This document shows positions 40,866-51,466 of a DNA stretch of 64,000 bases, one piece after another. The stretch lies in the NCBI GenBank assembly GCA_964106645.2, contig OZ067042.1. The stretch is one strand, 5' to 3'. A program made the translations under genes and the position numbers. Within the stretch, counting starts at the first letter, position 1, and each line of letters starts with the position of its first letter. The DNA comes from Podarcis pityusensis. Lineage: Eukaryota. The notes beneath the pieces are model-generated. The model saw nothing but the letters and a program-made list of their open reading frames with translations, searched no databases and was not told the origin of the DNA.

Positions 40866-41006
40866 AGACTTCCTCAACCTGGTGCTCTCCGTAGGTTGCT
40901 GGACTACAACGCCCATTGTCCCTGACATTTGGGCCATGCTTCCCTGTGGCTGATAAGAGTTGGGAGTCCCAACAACTTCTAGAGGGCACCAGGTTGGGGA
41001 AGCCTG
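40866..41006. mobile_element. Decayed palindromic hAT-type MITE
   Basis: cttcctcaacctggtgctctc...ggactacaac.cccat...gagggcaccaggttggggaagcctg fold-back; related to 19194 and 59957. Confidence 0.7.
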
Positions 41007-41279
41007 GCTTAGGCTACCACATGGAAAATTCAGAAGTATGCCAGCTGTTGAACTTACAACAGCACTACCATTTATCGACTATTTAGAAAAGCAAGGCCCG
41101 TGGTAGTTGCTGCATAATACAAAGTAGACAAATCCAGCAGCCGCTCTAGAGTATATATACCCTCCTGTTCATCTCCATGCTGCTTAGCAAATATTTCGTG
41201 TCCACCACAGATTTTAGCAGGTCACTGAAACAGCTCAAAGGTGGACAAGTCCAGACTAGAGCCCAGCTTTCTTACTTAC

Positions 41280-41523
41280 CTGAACCTTCTGGATAATCAA
41301 ACAACCATTCACACAAATAGTAGTCATCTGGATTCAGGTATGGCAGCTGCTTCATCACAGACTGCTTGGGGATGAGGTACAAGACCTCAGCAATATCACC
41401 GTCCTCTATAATAGACATCCTTTTGATAGAGTTTTTGTACTTTATCCGCTCAGACACCAACCTCTTGCTTTTCCCTGATCCACAAAGCTTCCCAAAACTG
41501 TTTAAACTGGGGAAAGATGGCAT
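41280..41523 (-). CDS. ABLIM1: ABLIM1 alternative first coding exon (long N-terminal isoform, 81 codons + 1 nt, phase 1)
   Basis: The translation MPSFPSLNSFGKLCGSGKSKRLVSERIKYKNSIKRMSIIEDGDIAEVLYLIPKQSVMKQLPYLNPDDYYLCEWLFDYPEGS aligns without gaps to my recalled human ABLIM1 N-terminus MPAFLGLKCLGKLCSSEKSKVTSSERTSARGSNRKRLIVED...LLYLCPKDY...VDPF. Shared motifs are MP-F, GKLC-S-KSK, SER, I-ED and L-YL-P-DY, and both are 81 aa. The exon ends at a consensus donor TCAG|GTAAGT (intron starts 41279), giving 244 coding nt. Confidence 0.88.
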
Positions 41524-41639
41524 ATCTATGGCAACTGTAAAGCGAGCAGCTAAGGAAGTAAACCAGAGTGAGCGAGCGAGTGAGAGTGTGAGAGCGTATA
41601 CATAGCCACTGGGCTGCCACCGTCTGGCATGCTGTCCTC

Positions 41640-41890
41640 ATCCATCCTTATTTCACTTCCTTGTCCACTAAAGGAGATTAAGCAGGAAGTATTTTTAGCA
41701 GTGATCTTCAGGAGATTATGACAAGCACGCTTAGTCAGGTGACAGCCTTCAAAACACTATTGGAACCAGCAACGCTTTGCTTTGGTGTCCATAAACGTGA
41801 AGTGAAAGCATATAGAGCATGGCACAATCGGATTAATATCCTGGGCAAGGGAGAGGACATATCTGAGGTAGATAAGAGGATTACTTTTGA
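41640..41890 (-). promoter_or_regulatory. Putative promoter of the long ABLIM1 exon with K50-homeodomain (CRX/OTX), MEF2-like and ETS motifs
   Basis: Motifs seen: GGATTA at 41830-41835 and 41878-41883, AGATTA at 41675-41680 and 41713-41718, a MEF2-like site (minus CTAAAAATAC, about 41689-41698), and ETS cores CACTTCC (41654-41660) and CAGGAAGT (41683-41690). Confidence 0.4.
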
Positions 41891-42598
41891 GAAACAAAAG
41901 CCTCAGCACAGTGGAAGAAATCTTGTTAAGAAAGAACCTTCATAAGCCCCACATATCCATCTGTGCATTTAATCTAACATTTCCCATGTGCATTACAGCT
42001 AAGGAAGGCTCACCACACTCCATTGTATCTTCCACAGCATTTCTACCAGCAGCAGATTTTCCTGCGAGACATAATTTCTGCAGCCTCTATGGTCACAAAA
42101 GTAAGTATCTATAGCCGTCTTGAGAAATATTTATTTTCCCAACTCCACCATCTCCTTTCCTCCTTCCAGTCTCTTTAACAGAAGACTCACAAAGATCCCA
42201 ACTGTTACCCCCAACTCTAGCTGTATTTACAACAGATATCTACAATCTATTCCTAATGACTTGCTAATCTAAGAAACTAAACTAATGATTTTGTTTTTCC
42301 TTGAGAAAGAGCAAAGTAAATCATTATTATTATTTATTTATTTACGGCTATTAGCCCATAAAAAAGTAAATCATTAACAGTGCATTCAAAAGCACTTGAA
42401 GCCAACAGTGCATAAGCAAAGGGGGAAATTCTAGTTGTTGTTAGCATCACATAGTTACAGGGATTGACTTTGGGAGAGCATGCAAACCAAATGGAACCCC
42501 CACTACCCCTTGTTTCAGGTCTGCTGCACAAATAGTTCCCACATGGAATTGCTTTAATCGCCATGTTGCTTGCTTGCAGTCCATTTGTCACACTGAAG

Positions 42599-42725
42599 CA
42601 TAAGAATGTTAGAAGAGCCCTGAACAAAGGCTCATCCAGTCCAGCACCCTATTCTCCCAATGATGAACCAGAGGCCCATAGGAAGCCTGCAAGCAGGATA
42701 TGAGTGCTTCAGCACTTCACACCTG
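42599..42725 (-). mobile_element. Decayed CR1-like 3' end / SINE fragment
   Basis: cataagaa..taagaagagccctg...ggctcatccagtccagcaccct.ttctc pattern, typical of reverse-oriented reptile CR1-related tails. Confidence 0.45.
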
Positions 42726-43366
42726 CATTTCTCCCTGACTTGTAGGTGTATACTCAGCAAAATCATGTTCCACAGCTCTCCCGTCCTCTGTTGTTTTTTT
42801 TCTAGAAAGGGAAGTAATTCAATTTTCTTTTCACGTATTAACAAAAACAATACAAAGGGTTCTTTATTCTCACTAAACATTCCTCAGTCCTCTCTTTCCC
42901 TATGTTCCCAGATGGCAGCACATGTGAAAGGATAAACGCAGACCCCATTCTATAAGACAGTTTTCATGAATAAGCAATTCAGAAGTTAAAGTTCTGTGCT
43001 GCTCTTTAAAAATCACCTAGGATGTCTCTATTTTCATCTGAGAAATGTTAGAGGGTATGCTTTAACTAATCTCCATTGAGAAGAATTCTTGAGTCAAAAA
43101 CATTAAGTGCTCTTTAAACTCAAGCTCAAAAATGAACAGTTCGTGTGAATGCTGTATATATGCACTAATGTGAAGCTTACTGCAACTGAAAGACTACCTT
43201 ACCCAGTACTGCTGAATCTAACAAAAGATACACTTTGGCTGTTGTTAACAGTTGAATGACTGTGAGCACCCACAAAATAAAACTGGAGTGGTTTGTTATG
43301 GGTGTTCATTCGCTCTGTACATGCTCACCCACACAAGCTAACACAGACTCTAGAAAAATGAAATTA

Positions 43367-43418
43367 AACTACAAACCATAGGCTTTGTCACTGTAGACAA
43401 AGCCTATGGTTTGTAGTT
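43367..43418. repeat. Perfect 23-bp inverted repeat with 6-nt loop
   Basis: AACTACAAACCATAGGCTTTGTC-actgta-GACAAAGCCTATGGTTTGTAGTT. Confidence 0.95.
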
Positions 43419-44131
43419 CTATTGCAACCTTTCTGGTTCCAGCGTTTGTTCCTAGTGTTAAAATTCAATAACTCTGCAAGATACCTCAGGGTGCTTGTTT
43501 ATACAATCAAAATCAATGGATAACCTGAAAATTCTTACTATGACATAAAAATCTATTATTTATTTAGCAATAAGCTAAGCAGGCAAATGCTCTCAGGGCC
43601 GTCAAAGCATTCCAAAGTAGTTTCATGTAATTCATTGGTCTGAGCTCAACTGAGCAAACGTAACATGCCTGTTTGCTGAGTACATGGTAGCCTATCTTGA
43701 GATGAACAGAATGGAGAACCTGGGGCTCTTCATTCTTTTTAAATCGCCTTTGAACTACACTCACAGCATAGTCCCTGTATGGCCTTAGACTTTGTAAACA
43801 AACCCTGAGGGTGAAGTGAGTTCAGGGGTAATCTTAATATGAAATCTTCTGTAACAAGTGCGGGGCAAGGAAACAAGGCTGAAGAACTGCTGTATTTTAA
43901 AAGTCATTTTCACCACATTCAGCTGCTTGTGAACTTTTGCATGTGCAGCTACAATGAAACAAGGGCCTTTTCAAGAACACTTACCCTCATTTGCGCATGT
44001 GTGTGTATTCTGTGACGTTGCAAAGACCATGGTAAAGAACAAGAATGCCTGCAATTTCCATGAGTATTTGACACATCAATTTGCTCAGAGAACTGAAAAT
44101 AGTAATAATAATGAATATGGATATTTACCCA

Positions 44132-44320
44132 ATGTAGCTCAGCAACAGAGCACATGTGGTGCATGCAGAATGTCCTACGTTCAATTTCCAGCACCAGCCA
44201 CATAGGGCCAGGAAAACCCACTGCCTAAAACTCTGGAAAGCAGCTGCTGCCAGTCATTGTACAATGCTGAGCTAGATGGGCCAATGGTATGACTTAATAC
44301 AAGGCAGCTTACTATGTTTC
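44132..44320 (+). mobile_element. tRNA-derived squamate SINE (Squam3-like), decayed
   Basis: Head tgtagctcag..agagcacatg..gcatgcagaa.gtcc..gttcaatt.ccagca; body ctgcct.aaactctgga..gctgctgccagtc...gagctagatgggccaatggt.tgact...aaggcagctt.ctatgtt. Confidence 0.7.
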
Positions 44321-46341
44321 TAAGAAATATTAATTTATTTCAAGATTATAGTACATCTCTCTGTGTGTGCATATGTATATACATGCATACACCCTTTAAC
44401 AAAATTGCTAAGAAAATGGCTGCCTCCCATTGTGACACAATCCAATATCAGTACTTTAAACAGGGGGGCAACTGGATACTTAAATTAATCTGCTGATGAA
44501 AGTTTTTGTAAAATGATTGCCCCAAGAAAGTATGGTTATTATGGTGGTAATCAGCTGCAACTTTTTTCAGGCTGGGCAAATTTTCTTTCCAACTGCACCC
44601 CTTTAGGTCATGTTGAATGTCATTATGAAGAGTTCCCTGACTTCCGTGATCAGCTGGTGAATGAGGTAGGATGGGGGGCTGGAAAAGTGTCCCTGCACAC
44701 AAAGAACCCTCCACCCGTGGCCCTTTAGATCTTAACTGAAGCCGCCATTTGTAAAATTTAGCTTCCATAGAATCAGACAGTTTAATTTAGAAAGCACACT
44801 CACAAAATAGGAACTGGATTTTTGTTTAAAAACATAAAACACTACAGAGTGTTTTGCTAGGCCAATTTGTCATTATTAGAGGATTAATTTGGATTGTGGT
44901 GTGTTAAATTGTTGCCTTTCTTTTCAAAGTAGAATTATGTATTACCTGCAATGCTGACCGTGAGTCATGATTCCTGTTAGAAGCAGTAATCAAAGCTTTT
45001 TTTTTAAAGCCTCAACACTTCAAAAATTAGCACAGCACTTCCATGAGTTTTGCAAAGGAACTTTGGCCAAGTCAAAACAACAGTGACTTTCAATGAAATT
45101 CCGCAAAACATTAGACAAATATTTTTGAACCCAATATCAGTAAAGCAATACTTCATCGTACCAGACTTCCAGTGACACCCTGAAAATAACAGTCCAGCCC
45201 TTCGTCCTGTAATTACCATTTGCTGCTAATCTTGTTTTGACTTCAGGGGCTCAGTTCACTTTTCCCTCTCCGTTTTCAATTTAACCAGGGGGTATGTCTA
45301 TAAGACCCTGCATTTGCCTTCTATAATACAACGTGACAAGAATGAGAAATGAGCAAAACAAAAAGGAATCTAGTCTAACCAGGAGGCTTTCTCAGATCAG
45401 ACTGCGGTTCTCAGTAGATAAGTGACCTCCAAGGGTAATGCTGCAACACGTCAGATCAAGGCCAATAAATTATATACACGGGATAAAGGGTGAATTTAGC
45501 GCTGACAAAGATTACTTAAAATACTTACATATTTCACAAAATTCGGCCCAGTTACTGACCTCCTGGAGAAGCATAGGCCACTTTTTCTTCAGCCATTTTT
45601 GTTAGTGTCTGAAAGCTCCTGACAACTCATATATGCATATACTCTAACAGGCCTCCACATTTGCTTAGAGGGTTTATGCAGGGCCAACTGGAGAGCTATT
45701 TCACATTTAGCATGAAGCAAATATTTCCCATCACGCCTGTCTATTAATTTATAGAAGTATTTCTATACTGCTGTGTTACAAAACATCAAGGTGGTGTACA
45801 CTGCTAAAACTTAGAACATAATTTAAAAATTAAGTTTTAAAAATACAGAAAATCTTTAAGGTGACTGGATAATATGCATTTGTAGCACCTCCATTGTATT
45901 AGCAGGCCGCTGGTATACTTGTAGTCCAAAGCAGCTTCACATGGGGAGGGGAATCTAATGTGGTACTGGTTTGGGTGTGTGCATTTGAAATAACATTCTA
46001 TTATTTATTTATTCAGTTTATATCGCGCCAGTGTGGCAATGCTGATGCCCTTTAACATTTCACTTATGAAAACAGGAGCACTCTTGTCTGCAACACCTTT
46101 ATTTTCACTTCAAGGATGACTACCCAAATATACCTCCTTTCACTACTACCATACATGTTTGAAGCCTCTTCTCTTGCCTCTGTGTCATCATTTGCTCTGC
46201 AATAGCTTGTCAGGCATTGTGAATTACCAAAAGGACCTTAATGGTTTCCTTTAATAAAAAGAGCACTCAGAATATTTAATAGAAATCACTGAGTGACCTG
46301 GCTGTACTTATTATAGGATACAAGTGGGAAAGACAAGTATA

Positions 46342-46577
46342 CAGTCATACCTTGGTTTACGAATTTAATCCATTCCGGAAGTCCGTTCTTAAACCAAGGT
46401 GTGCTTTCCCATAGCAGTGGGGGACTCAATTTACAAATGGAACACACTCAATAGGAAGTGAAACGTGTTCTGCTTCCAAGGCAAAGTTCACAAACCAAAA
46501 CACCTACCTCCGGGTTTGCAGCATTCTTAATCCGAGTTGTTCATAAACTAAGCTGTTCTTAAACCAAGGTACCACTG
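46342..46577. mobile_element. Related Tc1/mariner MITE with a different internal sequence
   Basis: TA-CAGTCATACCTTGGTTT ... AAACCAAGGTACCACTG-TA termini. It shares ttaat..ttccgga.gtccgttctt with the other copies. Confidence 0.8.
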
Positions 46578-46774
46578 TACCTTGTATTTTGTGTTGAGAC
46601 CATCAAGATAGACTATTCATCAACAGGCAGGGTCTGGTTACATGATTTAATAGCAAAGTGAGTGTTTGTTCTTTTGGCTGAAGATATATAGCAAAAACAT
46701 AATTGTCCTATGATACATAACCATATGTTGCAGTTCAAATATGAACTTCAATTATAACTCTGTGAAACAGTGCA

Positions 46775-47504
46775 ATCTCCGCCAAGCTAAGCAGTTGGCT
46801 CCTTACCTCTCTCGCCCTGACCTAGCCACTGTGATCCACGCGACAGTCACCTCCAGACTGGATTATTGTAACTCGCTCTACGTGGGGCTGCGCTTGAGAC
46901 TGACCCAGAAACTCCAGCGGGTGCAGAATACTGCAGCGAGACTCCTTACGGGGTCTTCGCTGCAAGATCACATTCACCCGGTGCTATACCAGCTGCACTG
47001 GCTCCCGGTGGAGTACAGGATCAGGTTTAAGGTGCTGGTTTTAACCTTTAAAGCCCTATACGGCCTAGGACCCTCGTACCTACGGGACCGCCTCTCCTGG
47101 TATGCCCCACAGAGAAACTTACGGTCTTCAAATAAAAACATCTTGAAGGTCCCAGGCCACAGAGAAGTTAGGCTGGCTTCAACTAGAGCCAGGGCTTTTT
47201 CGGCCGTGGCTCCGATCTGGTGGAACGCTCTGTCACAAGAGACCAGGGCCCTGCGGGACTTGACATCTTTCCGCAGGGCCTGCAAGACAGAGGTCTTCCA
47301 CCAGGCCTTTGGCCAGGGCACAGCCTGACCCCCTCCCTCGGCAATCGTCGCGGAGCTCTGGCCCAATGGTTGCCAGTGGCTTGAATTAATTAATTTTATA
47401 ATGAATGATTTTAGAGTGTTGTTTGTGCTGTACTTTTGTACTGTTTTATTGTTGTTAGCCGCCCTGAGCCCGGCTTCGGCTGGGGGGGGCGGGATATAAA
47501 TAAA

Positions 47505-47536
<32 letters not shown>
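46775..47536 (+). mobile_element. L2-clade LINE, 5'-truncated 3' end with (ATT)n tail
   Basis: The ORF2 C-terminus LATVIHATVTSRLDYCNSLYVG..QKLQRVQN.AARLLTG..HIHPVLYQLHWLPVEYRIRFKVLVLTFKAL.GLGPSYL is open to its stop at 47328. It is followed by a GC-rich 3' stem-loop (gccgccctgag...gggcggg) and an ATT-repeat tail at about 47508-47536. CpGs are retained, suggesting a young copy. Confidence 0.88.
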
Positions 47537-47770
47537 GATGGCGCCTTAGTGACATTAGACATGCAAGTTCATTCCATTCAGACATTTTACTTCTACAGAC
47601 TGGGAAACATGGTCAGATTAAAATCAAAATGACTTTGAAGGCAGATAGGGAACAAAGCATTGCTTCAGATCACTGAGGTTTTAGCTGATGGGGGTACTGT
47701 GTTGTGTAACACAGATCATAATTCATAATTCTTGTCCTAAATCAGATAAGAATGTACATTATCACAACTT

Positions 47771-47830
47771 CTAATGAAATGGACTCTAGTGCGCGAAAGC
47801 TTATACCATCTTAAGTAAGGTGCTACAGGA
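47771..47830 (+). mobile_element. Degenerate Penelope pLTR/hammerhead relic of a related family
   Basis: Reads CTAATGA-aatggactctagtgcgc-GAAAGCTTATACC...TAAGGTGCTACAGGA. It shares GAAAGCTTATACC and the downstream aaggtgctac block with the other copies, but the core (CTGA>CTAA) and stem II are mutated. Confidence 0.6.
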
Positions 47831-50684
47831 GCTTTATGGACCCAAACACCAACTTTTGCTAAAAAGAAATAGCCTTATAGAAAGTGAAGCAAACCATTGA
47901 GATTTGAAAATGTTACAGGTACAACATTTCTAATTTAATGGAGTTACAATAAAGGCTTTCCTAACAACGCAATCCTATGAATTAGTACTCAGAAATAATT
48001 CCCACTTAATTCCATGGAACTTGCTCCCTACTAAGCATTTACAGGATTGCAAACGAGCTACAGTGCTCAGTTTGTGAGATAAGCTGCCTTTAGTGCTTCT
48101 GTCATAAACCCAAATACCAGCTTGCTGTCATTTCGTTATAACATTATTAGATGCTATATGAAAAAGGCCAAAATCAACTGAGGACAGTCGAGACAGTTCT
48201 GCAGAAAAAGTCTGATCCACAAGTAATTTCATTTTATCCATACACTGTACGGAATCACCTTAAACCCAACTCCTCTCAGAGAGTAGACAAAGCAGCTACC
48301 CTGTTTCTGCTTCAGTGAAAGCAAGGCAGCTTACATTAAAGTGTTCCTGACATGGACTGGGCTGGGAGCAGGGGAGTGTTATTCTAGGAACTACAAATAC
48401 AAACTCCCTATAATTTAAATTATTTTCACATTACATGGGAATAAAGTGAGACTTAAAAGAAGCATATCTTCACAAGCATGGGACAAAAAAACCAGCTAAC
48501 TGTGAAATTCTACACATGTCTACTCAGAAGTAAGCGCCCACCAAATTCAAGAGGGCTTATTTCCAGGTAGACTGATAAACTTTAATACTATAGATGTCCA
48601 AAGTCTGAAGATGTGATACAACAGAATTCTTTATGCATTTATATAAATTCACAGATTCATAGAAACGTGGGCCATGGAACACTACAATCTATGGTCAACC
48701 TCTGCATAAGCTGATCAACACAAAAGGATTATTGTTACATACAAAGACACATGCACACAGACATCTATAGAATAGGTAAAATGGTCAGAAGAGTAATGAG
48801 GAGCAGAAGGCAAACAGCTTACCCACAAGGAGGAACATTGCCATTATCATACCCATATTGCACTACATACTGCTCTCTCTTCCACCACATACTAATTGTC
48901 TTACCCATCCCTCCAAAGCAAGCTGTGATCTTCTGGGCATACTGGCACAAACCATTTTCGTTGGAGGATTCTTCACCTAAGGTCTGTTCACTCATTGCTT
49001 TGAATGCAACTGCTTGTGTCCTTCACTAGCTACAACTTGCTGGAGACAAGATGTAAGCCTTCTGAGCTCTCTTCCAGTTCACTTCCATTAATAATTCAAG
49101 CACTCTTTCAAATCTGCAGAGCTCTTAGAATTGATTGCACCAGCCATTTTATAGCTTTGCAAGTAATTATGTTTAGCCTGTGTGTGTGTATCCGATTATG
49201 ACATTCCGTTAATTTATAGACAATATGCAGAAATCACAACAAAATGCATGCCTTTCATGACTGGCAGGAAATATTATGTTCAGCTGCGAGATATCAGATG
49301 GACATATCAATTTCTGCTCAACTAAGAATTAAAAAAGGAAGTTGAATAACCACATGGAGGATGATAAACATCATGTACAATTCAATGTACAGGGCTCTGC
49401 TCCTTACAGATGGACTAGAGTTCGATTAAAATAATGATGATGTTTGGCATAAAACTAATTTCCACATTTTTGTGTTTTATGTTATAAAAACAAATCAGAA
49501 AGAAAAACACGGCGCAAAAACTTCCAAGGAAATAACTGCTACACTTTATCTACATGTTTTAAACAGAGTTGTTATAGATGGAACTGTGGATGTTCTATAC
49601 TGAAAAATCCAGATAGGTATAGCTTTTAGCATGCATAATGTCATTCTTTCCCCATTCACCTGATGAAAGCAATGATAATAGGTAAAAAGAATAGTATTGG
49701 AGAAAAACCACTTTGGGGGGTTTGTTTTGTGGTTATTGTTTTTTTGCAATCAAGCAGTGCATACATTTTGTGAAATAATATATAAATATATATATTAGGG
49801 ATAGAAACTAAACAAACTAAAGAATAATTTTCTCATCCAGCTGAGTTGCATTCATGCACTTAATTTAACTTAGGTTAGCTTCTTAGCCATGTGAGATGCA
49901 ACCAAGTTGTTCAGAAAGTAGCCTAATGGTACCAAGCTACTTTTTCAACTCATCTAGGCGAATGAACATTTGCAGCAGTGAATCAGACCACCCCAGCTAT
50001 TTTATTAATTATCATTCAGGCATGACCTAATTGTCTACACAAAGATATTGTTTTTTATTAACCTGACCTTAAAATTTTAACAATTTAACAGGAAGTTGAA
50101 CTTCTCCCTGGTTTGCAAAAAGCATATAATATAGTTAGTGTAGTATTATCTCCTATGGCAGAGGAAAGTTCTGGAGGAACTCTACATGAAAGACCTGCTA
50201 TTGGCTTATGGAAAACATACAAAACATGCACATTATACAGCCAAGCATGCTATATTACACATCCTACATCGTCACCTCCCCCACTCCCTCCATTTCACTA
50301 GGATTCTCCCTATAGAAGCTCCAATTTTTAAAATCTGTTTTTATTAAAACATTTATCTACTGCCTTTCTGTATTGAAAAGAGGCCCTAAGGCATATTAGA
50401 GCCCCCAAATCAGGGCTTCAACACCACACATACAAGTTACCTCCAGAAAATTTGTTTCTCTTCCTCAAGGCCTATTAAGAACTGCCACCGCAACATTACC
50501 CGGCAAAGTCACAGATTTCTTACAAACAATTCCAAGAGAATTCCTCCTTATGCACATTTTAACTTTAAAAAATAATAATCTCAATTTATTATTATTTATT
50601 CAATTTATATCCCACCTTTCTGCCTGAAGGAATCAAAGTCAGCAGTCATTTGTCACATAAGAGCCTCCAAGAGACTTACAAAGT

Positions 50685-50830
50685 TTAGCTCAGCTGTTTA
50701 TAGAGCATGGTGCTGATAATGTCAAGGTTGCAGGTTTGATCTCTGTAAGGGCAAGCTGCATATTCCTGCATTGCAGGGGGTTGGACTAGATAATCCTCAG
50801 GGTATCTTCCAACTCTACAGTTTTATGATC
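50685..50830 (+). mobile_element. Short tRNA-derived SINE with CR1-like 3' tail (resembles lacertid POM-type SINE)
   Basis: A-box-like TAGCTCAGCTG, B-box-like GGTTTGATCTC, and a CR1-type tail ggggttggactagat.atcctcaggg..cttccaactctac..tt.tatgat. Confidence 0.7.
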
Positions 50831-51224
50831 ATGGCATAAAATTGGGAGAATGGGACCAATGAGTACCTTACAATAAAAACATTACTGTGACCTATTAATC
50901 AAATGCAATAAAACAGCAGCAAAACAACCCCCCCCCCAAACTTACTTTCAATACACAGCAAAATCATCATAATCCATCAAATGCCTGGAAGAAGAGGTGC
51001 CCAGTGCTGAAAGATATTAATGATAGTGCTAAGGAAAGCTCACTGGGGAAAGCATTCCACAAGCCAGGAGTCACAATCCTCTTTCAAAGGGGGAACCAGG
51101 AGGAGGACCTAGGATAAAGGGTCTAGGTAGGCTCATAGTCAAACAAGTATGACAACCTCTGAATGAAGCTTTGTGTTTAATGGGATCAAGCAGTCTTCAG
51201 CTACATTTACAATGCAATTGTGTA

Positions 51225-51466
51225 CAGTGGTACCTCGGGTTAAGTACTTAATTCGTTCCAGAGGTCCGCTCTTAACCTGAAACTGTTCTTAACCTGAAGC
51301 ACCACTTTAGCTAATGGGGCCTCCCGCTGCTGCCGCGCCGCCACCGCACGATTTCTGTTCTCATCCTGAAGCAAAGTTCTTAACCCGAGGTACTATTTCT
51401 GGGTTAGCGGAGTCTGTAACCTGAAGCGTATGTAACCTGAAGCGTATGTAACCCGAGGTACCACTG
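51225..51466. mobile_element. Non-autonomous Tc1/mariner (Tigger-like) MITE
   Basis: Perfect 18-bp TIRs CAGTGGTACCTCGGGTTA / TAACCCGAGGTACCACTG with a TA target duplication on both sides. Confidence 0.9.

Noticed and set aside
41450-41641. Overlapping out-of-frame uORF regulating the long isoform
   Set aside because: The TSS is unknown, so the ATG at 41641 may lie upstream of the transcript; it cannot be supported from sequence alone.
46974-47585. 203-aa minus-strand ORF
   Set aside because: It is the antisense shadow of the L2 ORF2, and the poly-Ile run comes from the ATT tail.
50685-50745. tRNA gene
   Set aside because: The A/B boxes are degenerate, there is no cloverleaf, and a LINE-derived tail follows, so it is a SINE head.
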